From IMG/VR virus record IMGVR_UViG_3300029922_000022: a DNA stretch of 61,209 bases; one strand, given 5' to 3'. The DNA comes from an uncultured virus (IMG/VR IMGVR_UViG_3300029922_000022). Its lineage: Duplodnaviria > Heunggongvirae > Uroviricota > Caudoviricetes. Position numbers and translations under genes: made by a program. The stretch's first letter is position 1; every line of letters starts with the position of its first letter. This document shows, piece by piece, positions 9,629 to 17,977 of the stretch. A model generated the notes under the pieces. The model worked only from the letters and a program-made list of their open reading frames with translations, was not told where the DNA came from and searched no databases.

Positions 9629-10690
9629 ATGTCAAGACCAAAACCTGCAAATTTATCAACACCAAAACCGGCAAATTTAATATGGACAAAGGAAGAATGT
9701 AAGAACGAAGCATTAAAATATATTTATAAAAAAGATTTTATAAAACAATCATATGGTTCATATCAAGCATCACTTAGAAATAAATGGATAGATGAAATTT
9801 GTTCTCATATGATACCATTAGGAAATAAATATAACAGATTAATTTATAGAATTATATTTCCAGATAATGTTTGTTATGTTGGATTAACTAATGATTTTGA
9901 TAGAAGAATATATGAGCATTTAAATAAAAAAGGTACAGTATATTCTTATATATACAAAATAAAATTATTACCTATTAATATTGAAAAATTAACTGATTAT
10001 ATACCAATCACAGAAGCTAAAATACAAGAAGAATATTGGAAATGCAAATCAGAAGATGATGGATATATATGTTTAAATATTGCTAAAACTGGAGGTGTAG
10101 GTGCAAATAATCTAAAATGGAATAAATATGAATGTCAAAATGTAGCTAATAAATATAATACAAAAATTGATTTTATAACAAACGAAAGTTCAGCTTATAA
10201 TTCTGCTAGAAAATATGGTTGGCTAGATGAAATTTGTTCTCATATGATAGCATTACATATTAATTGGACTAAAGATGATTGTAAAAATGAAGCATTAAAA
10301 TATAATCATAGGGGAGAATTTTCAAAAAATAATCGTATTATATGGGGATTTGCACAAAAACATAATTGGCTAGATGAAATTTGTTCTCATATGACACTGA
10401 AGCATAATAGTTATAGTAAAGATGATTGCAAAATAGAAGCATTAAAATATAATAGTAGAAATGAATTTAAAAAAAATAATAATAGTATGTGGCAATGTTC
10501 TAATAGGTATAAATGGACAGATGAAATTTGTTCACATATGATACCATTAAGGCATACTTGGACCATAGAAGAATGTAAAAATGAAGCAAAAAAATATAAA
10601 AACATAACAGCATTTGCAATAAAAAATCATAATATGTATGAATTTGCAAGAAAAAGAAAATGGATTGATGAAATATTCAATAAAAAATAA
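9629..10690 (+). CDS. GIY-YIG homing endonuclease with five ~48-aa WTKEEC..EALKY..W.DEICSHM repeats
   Basis: LIYRIIF..CYVGLT..RR..EH..E..LN core plus repeated modules. Confidence 0.8.
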   Translation: MSRPKPANLSTPKPANLIWTKEECKNEALKYIYKKDFIKQSYGSYQASLRNKWIDEICSHMIPLGNKYNRLIYRIIFPDNVCYVGLTNDFDRRIYEHLNKKGTVYSYIYKIKLLPINIEKLTDYIPITEAKIQEEYWKCKSEDDGYICLNIAKTGGVGANNLKWNKYECQNVANKYNTKIDFITNESSAYNSARKYGWLDEICSHMIALHINWTKDDCKNEALKYNHRGEFSKNNRIIWGFAQKHNWLDEICSHMTLKHNSYSKDDCKIEALKYNSRNEFKKNNNSMWQCSNRYKWTDEICSHMIPLRHTWTIEECKNEAKKYKNITAFAIKNHNMYEFARKRKWIDEIFNKK

Positions 10691-10700
10691 TTAAATATGA

Positions 10701-11075
10701 ATGGCAAGATACATTAATGATACGGATTTCTATTATGAGGTTTTAATTAGCAAAGGCAAAGGAAAATTAACTAGAAAAGCTGAAAATATGATTATACTAA
10801 TAGGAGAAGAAATGATCAAAAAATTTGAAAGAAAGTATAAAACTTCAGATGATAAATATGATTGTATGCAGCAGGGCATAATGATGATGCTGCTAAACTG
10901 GAATTTATTTAATGAAAAAAAATATTCATCAGCGTTTCCATATTTTTCGGAGATTTGCAAGCGTGGAATAGCAGGTGGTTTAAATGTAATTTATCAGAAG
11001 AAAAACAATCAAGACATGCCTAAAATGATAAGTTTAAGTAGTGCAAATGATGGCAAAGGTCTTCATAATATTTAA
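10701..11075 (+). CDS. gp55: Late-transcription sigma factor (T4 gp55-like)
   Basis: YIND..F, D.MQQG...NWNLFN and AFPYFSEI correspond to the gp55 YVNN, NF and FAYFTQI motifs. Confidence 0.75.
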   Translation: MARYINDTDFYYEVLISKGKGKLTRKAENMIILIGEEMIKKFERKYKTSDDKYDCMQQGIMMMLLNWNLFNEKKYSSAFPYFSEICKRGIAGGLNVIYQKKNNQDMPKMISLSSANDGKGLHNI

Positions 11076-11103
11076 AAAATATTTAAAAAATAATATATAC
11101 AAT

Positions 11104-11367
11104 ATGGCACTAAGAGATTGGGTCAGAAATGACGGATTAATTAATTCAACTCCAGGACCCTCAAATTCATATAGAGGAGATGAAGAATTTATAATGTTAG
11201 TTAGAGATATTCAATTCCAAGATATTCAGACTGGAGCATATAATAAATTTCCAACATTATATGATGTTGCACAAGCAAACGGCGGTAGAAATTATATTAA
11301 TGTAACAGATAACACTAAACTTGTTCAAGATCCTCCTAATTTGAATGCATTAAGAAATAGATATTAA
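11104..11367 (+). CDS. Hypothetical protein
   Basis: ATG at 11104 (MALRDWVRNDG) after AATATATA. Confidence 0.65.
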   Translation: MALRDWVRNDGLINSTPGPSNSYRGDEEFIMLVRDIQFQDIQTGAYNKFPTLYDVAQANGGRNYINVTDNTKLVQDPPNLNALRNRY

Positions 11368-11370
11368 ATT

Positions 11371-11898
11371 ATGGGAGCAAATAACGCATCATTTGGGAAT
11401 CGCAGGACCAAGAAAGGGAAAAACAAATATATTCAAGGTCTTTATAATATTGAAAATGAAGAAAAATACATTGGAATTATGCCAATAAAATATTTTAGTT
11501 CATGGGAATTAGGATTTTGTAGATTTTGTGATTTGAATGATAGAGTTTTAAAATGGAGTTCAGAGAGTTTAGAAATTCCATATCAAATAAAAAATAGTTT
11601 AGGTATTATAGAAACTCATCGTTATTATCCAGATTTTTATATAGAAATGATAGATAATAATGATCCAGAAAGATATGATAGATTTGTGATTGAAATTAAG
11701 CCAAAGCACGAAACAGAACCACCTAAACAACCACAAAGAGAAACATTAAAAACACTAGAAACGTATCAATATTCTTTAACAGCATATAAGAAAAATATTC
11801 ATAAATGGCATTTCACAAAAGATTGGTGTGATAGACATAGTTTGAAGTTTATAATAATTTCAGAAGATGATTTGAAAAAATATGGAATAATAAAATGA
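11371..11898 (+). CDS. gp4: Head completion nuclease (T4 gp4, TnsA-like)
   Basis: SSWE, WSSE..IPY, HRYYPDF, IEIKP, N..KW and F.IISE motifs. Confidence 0.88.
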   Translation: MGANNASFGNRRTKKGKNKYIQGLYNIENEEKYIGIMPIKYFSSWELGFCRFCDLNDRVLKWSSESLEIPYQIKNSLGIIETHRYYPDFYIEMIDNNDPERYDRFVIEIKPKHETEPPKQPQRETLKTLETYQYSLTAYKKNIHKWHFTKDWCDRHSLKFIIISEDDLKKYGIIK

Positions 11899-12665
11899 GT
11901 AAAATGTCATTCACTGAAGAACTTAAAGCATTATTTGGGCAATATAATCAAAATATTAGTTTAATTAGAAAAGAATCTACAGAAGAAATATTTAGTTATA
12001 TTATACGAAATCCAAATAAACAAATAAGACCAACCACATTAGGAAATATTCAAATTGGTAAATTTTATATAATTAAATATAATTATAATGGAAATAAATT
12101 ATGGTGTCCTATTTTAACTATTCCACCGTTAGCAAATTCTAATGAACTTGGAATATTAGAAAGTCAATTAAAAATTGTTAACATTAAAAAAATTTTATAT
12201 GCAATAAATTTTGATTATTTACCATTATTATATAAAGCAAAATTAATAGATGCTATAATACAAACAAATTCAGATAGATACGATAAAAATTCTGATAAAA
12301 TATCACAAGGTGATGTTGTAAATAATGAATTTAATTTTAATATAAAATGGATTTATGAATATTTGAAAATAAATGGAAAAAAGAATTATTCCATAACAGC
12401 ATATGATATATCAAAAATTGAACATGTGTATCAAGTATCTTCTACAATTCTACAAAGATTTGTTTTTTTAGATACATATAAAATAAATAATAATTTAATG
12501 TATGATACATTGAATAAGATTATAAATGATAAACTTAAAGGAGAATTTTCAGATAAAATAATAATGTATGAAGAAATATTGAAATTATATGAAAAAGATA
12601 TAGAAAAATTTTATACTTCACTTAGAAATTTTGAAAAAAATTTAAAATTAATAGAAAAAATGTAG
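11895..12665 (+). CDS. DNA end protector-like protein (T4 gp2-like)
   Basis: GKFYIIKY...P...AINFDYLP pattern and position next to gp4. Confidence 0.5.
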   Translation: MSKMSFTEELKALFGQYNQNISLIRKESTEEIFSYIIRNPNKQIRPTTLGNIQIGKFYIIKYNYNGNKLWCPILTIPPLANSNELGILESQLKIVNIKKILYAINFDYLPLLYKAKLIDAIIQTNSDRYDKNSDKISQGDVVNNEFNFNIKWIYEYLKINGKKNYSITAYDISKIEHVYQVSSTILQRFVFLDTYKINNNLMYDTLNKIINDKLKGEFSDKIIMYEEILKLYEKDIEKFYTSLRNFEKNLKLIEKM

Positions 12666-12727
12666 AATAAATAAATTTAAAATGAACATACGCAATTTTA
12701 TATATAATAAAAATTAATAAATAAACA

Positions 12728-14485
12728 GTGGCAACATATAACAGATATAATCAGCCAAATTCAATGTATGATTTTGGACGAGGTAATGTAGGAAAAAGTT
12801 TTGGTAATAAAATATTAAGAAAATTGAGTAATTTCGGAATGGATGATCAAGAAATGGTTGTTAGAAATAGTCAGGCTATTGGAGCATTTCAAGATACCAG
12901 TAATTTACTTTACGAACCTGGTACAAATATGTACGACTTATTTACAAAAAAAATAATATCTAAAATATTAGAAAAGAAATCTATCGCATATTTAGATCGT
13001 AGATATTTGGATAAAAGAAAAATTTTACACCAATATGCAATAAAGGAAGAAATAAAAGATTATGTTACCAGAATAGCAGAAGAAGCAATTAATTATGATG
13101 ATGATAATTATTTTTGTACTGTTACTGATTTGCCAGATAATTATGATCAATCAATCAGAGTTAAATATCAAGAAAATTTTAAAAAAGTCTATAACTCATT
13201 TAATTTTAACGACGGATTAACTGCTTGGAATTACATGAAAACATTTTTAATTGATGGATTTTTATCATTTGAAATTGTTTATGATGATGACCAAAAAAAT
13301 ATAATTGAACTTAATTTATTGGATCCATTAACATTAATTGTAGCTGCTGAGCCAGGTACTGGAACTGTAGTATGGATTCAAAATCCAGATGTTCCTCAAT
13401 TAAGAAGAGTTTTATTAGATGCTAATATTATTTATATTTCATATTCAAATAATTTAGATTATGACGAAACAAGTTATGTTGAAGGATTAATCAAACCTTA
13501 TAATCAATTAAAATTATTAGAGTTTACTAAATTAATGTACAATTTAAATCAAGCTTCAATATATAAAAAATTTGTTATTCCTGTAAATGGACTGACTCGT
13601 CAACAAGCTGAACAGCAAATTACTCAATTGATGAGTGAATATCATGAAGATATTGAATGGGATGATACAACAGGAGTACCATATATAAATGGCTCAACTA
13701 AAATACCTCATTCAAAAGATTATTGGTTTCCAACATCTGAATTAGGAACTCCAGAAATGGAGATTCTACAACCACAACAAGCTGAATTAAATGAAGATAT
13801 ATCTTTACAGTGGTTTTATAAATCATTTAAAAGAGCATCTAAAATGCCTTTTTCAAGATTAGATGAAGATCAGGGAGGTGGTAATTTTTATGATGATACT
13901 GCTTCAATTACTATGGATGAAATAAGATTTAAAAATTTTGTTGGTAGATTAAGAACATTATTTAAAGAAGTTTTAGTTAAACCATTAAAAATACAAATGG
14001 TATTAGACTTTCCTGAATTAAGTAGTGATAGAGTATTTGAAAGTTATATTAAATTAAATTTTAATTCTAATGATTTATTTGAAGAATGGAAATACTTAAA
14101 CAATTTAGCAAAAAGAGCAGAAATATCATCAACTTTATCAAGCAATCTACAAGACGGTGAGGGGAAACCTTACCTTTCGATTGAGTGGATTGTGAGAAAT
14201 ATTATGAAATTTACTGATAAAGATATTGAATCTAATAATAAATATAAAATGATGAGCGGTACAGCAGGTGAAGGAGGAGGAATGAGTGGTGGTATGCCAG
14301 GTGGAGGTGAAGGTGGTATGCCAGGTGGTGGCGAAGGTGGTATGCCAGGTGGAGGTCAAGCCCAAGGTGGAGGTCAAGCCCAAAGTGGAGGTCAAGCTCA
14401 AGGTGGAGGTCAAGCTCAAGGTGGAGGTCAAGCTCAAGGTGGAGGTCAAGGTGGAGGTCAAGCCCAAGGTGGAGCGGAATTTTAA
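12728..14485 (+). CDS. gp20: Portal protein (T4 gp20-like) with Gly-rich C-terminal tail
   Basis: IDG, NQLKLLE, KDYWFP, KMPFSRL, ITMDEIRFKNFVGRLR and YLS.EWI motifs. Confidence 0.92.
   Translation: MATYNRYNQPNSMYDFGRGNVGKSFGNKILRKLSNFGMDDQEMVVRNSQAIGAFQDTSNLLYEPGTNMYDLFTKKIISKILEKKSIAYLDRRYLDKRKILHQYAIKEEIKDYVTRIAEEAINYDDDNYFCTVTDLPDNYDQSIRVKYQENFKKVYNSFNFNDGLTAWNYMKTFLIDGFLSFEIVYDDDQKNIIELNLLDPLTLIVAAEPGTGTVVWIQNPDVPQLRRVLLDANIIYISYSNNLDYDETSYVEGLIKPYNQLKLLEFTKLMYNLNQASIYKKFVIPVNGLTRQQAEQQITQLMSEYHEDIEWDDTTGVPYINGSTKIPHSKDYWFPTSELGTPEMEILQPQQAELNEDISLQWFYKSFKRASKMPFSRLDEDQGGGNFYDDTASITMDEIRFKNFVGRLRTLFKEVLVKPLKIQMVLDFPELSSDRVFESYIKLNFNSNDLFEEWKYLNNLAKRAEISSTLSSNLQDGEGKPYLSIEWIVRNIMKFTDKDIESNNKYKMMSGTAGEGGGMSGGMPGGGEGGMPGGGEGGMPGGGQAQGGGQAQSGGQAQGGGQAQGGGQAQGGGQGGGQAQGGAEF
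14270..14473 (+). repeat. Coding tandem repeats (GGEGGMP x~3, GGQAQG x~7)
   Basis: ggtggaggtcaagc(c/t)caa units at the portal 3' end. Confidence 0.9.
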
Positions 14486-14500
14486 AATATATTTTTTAAT

Positions 14501-14535
14501 AAAAACAGAGAACTTAAATTTAGTTCTCTGTTTTT
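14501..14535. terminator. Intrinsic terminator after the portal gene
   Basis: aaaaacagagaact...agttctctgttttt. Confidence 0.8.
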
Positions 14536-14623
14536 ATTTTATATACAATTTTTAATTGACCAGAATCATAAATTATATTATGACAGTTATTTTTTTATAT
14601 ATAATTAAAATTACAAATAAAAT

Positions 14624-15517
14624 ATGGTATTAGAATCAAAAGGTACTCCAGATATATTACTAAATATTATTACTAAATATGATAGTGAAATCATATATAG
14701 TTCTAAAAATTTAACAACATTATTAATAGATATAAACGAAGTTGATTTAGTCGCTAGTTTGACTATTAATTTTAAAAAAAATGATAGTAAGAATAATTTT
14801 TCAGGAGATTTAAATTTTGATGATTGTATAAATTCAAATTTTAAAAATTGTATAATAAATTTAAATGTATCATATTTTAATAAATCTTTAATAATTAAAT
14901 CTTTGATGCATGAGCTAACTCATTTATATGAATTGTATAAAATAAAAGATATTTATACTAAGTCAAAATGGAATAGAATGAAAGTATTATATGACACAAG
15001 AAAACAAATTAACAATAATAGTTTATTTTATTTTATAGATATTTTTTATTTATCTCTACCATTTGAAGTTAATGCAAGAGTTTCCAGTGTTTATACTTAT
15101 TTATCTGATAAAAAAATTAAAGATATAGATATTCTAAAAAAATTTTTAGTAGAGACAATTGAGTGGCAGAATATGTTAAATTTAAAAAATTTTGAATATA
15201 AACAATTATATACTGACTTAATAAACTCATATATAAACGATAAAGTTTTTCTTTATGAAATATTTAATTTATTTAATTCTAAAATGAAAATAAAAACAAA
15301 AATAAATTCTGATACAGATTTATATAATTATTTAAAAAATTCTAGTAGATATTTTAAGTCAGTATCATCAAATTTTATAAAAAAACTATTAAAAGTATTA
15401 AATAGAGTATCTGACGAATCATTAAAAGAGGGATATTGGACGTCTTCAACAAAAATAGTAATTTACAAACAATATATAAAAGAAAATAAAGATATTGATT
15501 ATCTTAAATTTTTATAA
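14624..15517 (+). CDS. Putative zincin-like metalloprotein (HExxH); paralog of 3397..4296
   Basis: LMHELTH, YLSLPFEVNAR and a shared C-terminal DIDY. Confidence 0.55.
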   Translation: MVLESKGTPDILLNIITKYDSEIIYSSKNLTTLLIDINEVDLVASLTINFKKNDSKNNFSGDLNFDDCINSNFKNCIINLNVSYFNKSLIIKSLMHELTHLYELYKIKDIYTKSKWNRMKVLYDTRKQINNNSLFYFIDIFYLSLPFEVNARVSSVYTYLSDKKIKDIDILKKFLVETIEWQNMLNLKNFEYKQLYTDLINSYINDKVFLYEIFNLFNSKMKIKTKINSDTDLYNYLKNSSRYFKSVSSNFIKKLLKVLNRVSDESLKEGYWTSSTKIVIYKQYIKENKDIDYLKFL

Positions 15518-15534
15518 AAAATAAATAAATAAAT

Positions 15535-15831
15535 ATGTCAATAGATAGAAGAATTGTATCAATATTATATTACAATAATATAACTGATATTAATAATGTG
15601 GAAGAATTTATAGGAGAAAAAAATGGTTATTATGATATTAAAATAAATGGAAAAATTAAATCATTAAAAATTCCAGATAATGAATATACCAAGCGTACTA
15701 AAATAACTACAAAAGTAACTACAAACACAACTACAAACACAACTACAAAAGCAATCACAAAAGTAACTACAAAAAAATTGGAAAATAAAAATAAAAAATC
15801 AAATGATGATGATTTTATTACGTCTATTTAA
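15535..15831 (+). CDS. Hypothetical protein with Thr-rich segment
   Basis: TTKVTTNTTTNTTTKAITKVTT. Confidence 0.6.
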   Translation: MSIDRRIVSILYYNNITDINNVEEFIGEKNGYYDIKINGKIKSLKIPDNEYTKRTKITTKVTTNTTTNTTTKAITKVTTKKLENKNKKSNDDDFITSI

Positions 15832-15851
15832 TTTAAAAATATAAATATATT

Positions 15852-16190
15852 ATGAAAATTGCAAAATTTAATGAAACTATTGGATATCAAGATAGAAGAT
15901 ATAAAATTGATTTAGAATTATTAAGTAAGCTAGTATTAGATAAATCTATAAGAAAAGAACTAAAATTATTTAAATCTCATATAGATAGTTATTTAGAATC
16001 AGTATATGATATGATAGAATATGGAAGAGGTGATGTTTTTTTATATTCTATAACAAATGAGTTCAAAATAGCATACATTAAAAGTGCTAAATTTAGTAAT
16101 ACATTACAAACGGTTCCAGTAGAAACATTAATCGGTTTCGATTTAGAAGAATATAAAGTATTCAAAGATTCTGAAAAATATAATTTATAA
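15852..16190 (+). CDS. Small protein with leader MKIAKFNE and C-terminal KYNL
   Basis: Carries both recurrent terminal motifs. Confidence 0.7.
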   Translation: MKIAKFNETIGYQDRRYKIDLELLSKLVLDKSIRKELKLFKSHIDSYLESVYDMIEYGRGDVFLYSITNEFKIAYIKSAKFSNTLQTVPVETLIGFDLEEYKVFKDSEKYNL

Positions 16191-17822
16191 TTTATTAATA
16201 TATTCAAATTTTAATTGTCCACAATCATATATTCTATAATAATGCCTATCTTTCATTATTTCATGCTCAGTTTTATTTTTATCATAACCTTGCTTAATTA
16301 ATATATCTTTACGAAAATTAAATTTATTTAGTCGTATTCCATTTATTATATAATAATAATTTGGTTTAATTTTGCCTATATTATTAAAATTTAATGTTTC
16401 ATATAATTCACTGTTACAATTACTTATATCTATATATGCTAATATTTTATTCGAATTATAATTTTCAATAAAATAATTGAATAATTTATTTTCACCTCCT
16501 ATAATATTAGTATTTAACTTATTACAAAATCTTAATAATTCATAATTTTTTTCAATTTTATTTTTTGGAATTTTAAGATTACTGAATGTAATTAAGCTAA
16601 CTAATTCATTTTTATAAAATAATCCTATTTTAATTTTGGAACTAATAAATCCTTTAATATGATTATTATTTAAAAAATCTTTAACTATTTTATTATCATT
16701 TATTTCTTTAATTTCTGTTTCACGTGCAAATATTTTATTATAATTTTTACTTAATTTATTTAATATCATAGATTTTATTATATCTGGCTTATATAACCAA
16801 TCATCCTCCCAAATATGCATTAATTGTATTCCTAGTTTTTCACATAATTCAGTTTTATTTAAATGATAATTATTAGAAGTATTATTTTCATTATGCCAAA
16901 ATAATCCATTATATTCAAATGCAATTTTTAATTCAGGAATATAAATATCCAATTCATATGGTTTTATAATATTTCTATTATTTTGTATGATTTCTCCGTT
17001 ATAATTTTTTTTAATGAAATTATATACATTAGTTTCTGATCCAGATGTATGAACAGATCCTATAGGATTACAAAATACACATGCATCAACATTTAGATTA
17101 TATCTACCATAAAATGTTTTTTTATAAATTTCAAAGTTTTTTTCACATTTTTCACAATAAAATGTAAAATTGTCTCCTTCAATATTTATTAAATTTGAAT
17201 ATTTTTTTTGAAGTTTTATTAAATTTATTTTGTTTATATTTTGTTTAAAATTTTTATGCTGAGATATAAAATTTACTCCGTTATTTTTAAAACAAGTTTT
17301 TTCTTTTTTCTCTTTGATTTCTTTATTTTGTGATACATTATCTACTCCATATTTTTCTTTAATTGTTATTTTCGATTTTTCTTTAATTATATTAGATGAT
17401 AATCCCCATTTAACTCCAAAATGTTTAAAATTAGTATTCATTTTTTTCTCTTTAATTTCTTTATTTTGTGATACATTATCTACTCCATATTTTTCTTTAA
17501 TTGTTATTTTCGATTTTTCTTTTATTTCATTACATTGAAAAACATTATCTACTCCATATTTTTCTTGAATAGTTATTTTTCTTTTACATTTTTTGCATAT
17601 AAATTTTTTAAGTGAATTATTTTTATATAATATATTAAAACATGATTCATACTCATCTCCACATTTATCGCATCTCATTTTAACTTTATATCTAGATCCT
17701 TTAGTTAGTTCATTCACATTAACCAATATTATATCATTTATTTTAATATTTTTATATAATTTTTTATAATGTTTTATATTTGATATATTAATTCGAATTT
17801 CTATTTTATTTGATAATATCAT
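16185..17822 (-). CDS. Hef-like endonuclease: Zn ribbon, 23-aa KYGV repeats, PD-(D/E)XK domain and GNAT-like tail
   Basis: ELDIYIP..KIAFEYNGLFWH, IWEDDW, FL..NH..G, YELLRFC and YDCG motifs. Confidence 0.75.
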   Translation of the reverse strand: MILSNKIEIRINISNIKHYKKLYKNIKINDIILVNVNELTKGSRYKVKMRCDKCGDEYESCFNILYKNNSLKKFICKKCKRKITIQEKYGVDNVFQCNEIKEKSKITIKEKYGVDNVSQNKEIKEKKMNTNFKHFGVKWGLSSNIIKEKSKITIKEKYGVDNVSQNKEIKEKKEKTCFKNNGVNFISQHKNFKQNINKINLIKLQKKYSNLINIEGDNFTFYCEKCEKNFEIYKKTFYGRYNLNVDACVFCNPIGSVHTSGSETNVYNFIKKNYNGEIIQNNRNIIKPYELDIYIPELKIAFEYNGLFWHNENNTSNNYHLNKTELCEKLGIQLMHIWEDDWLYKPDIIKSMILNKLSKNYNKIFARETEIKEINDNKIVKDFLNNNHIKGFISSKIKIGLFYKNELVSLITFSNLKIPKNKIEKNYELLRFCNKLNTNIIGGENKLFNYFIENYNSNKILAYIDISNCNSELYETLNFNNIGKIKPNYYYIINGIRLNKFNFRKDILIKQGYDKNKTEHEIMKDRHYYRIYDCGQLKFEYINKL

Positions 17823-17922
17823 ATATTAATTGTTTATTTTAAGTATATATAAATATTATATGTCTTTGTTTTATCAAATTCAGCAAAAAACACATCAAAA
17901 ATAATAAATATGAAGAAAATTA

Positions 17923-17960
17923 AAAAATAGAAAAAAATGATATTTTTTAAGTAATATATA
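17923..17960 (+). promoter_or_regulatory. Extended late-promoter element upstream of the protease gene
   Basis: 35/38 nt identical to 20366..20403. Confidence 0.7.
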
Positions 17961-17977
17961 AAAGAAAATTAAAAAAT

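Noticed and set aside
14147..14555. ORFs 14147..14467 (-) and 14286..14555 (+)
   Set aside because: Alternative-frame shadows of the portal Gly-rich repeat
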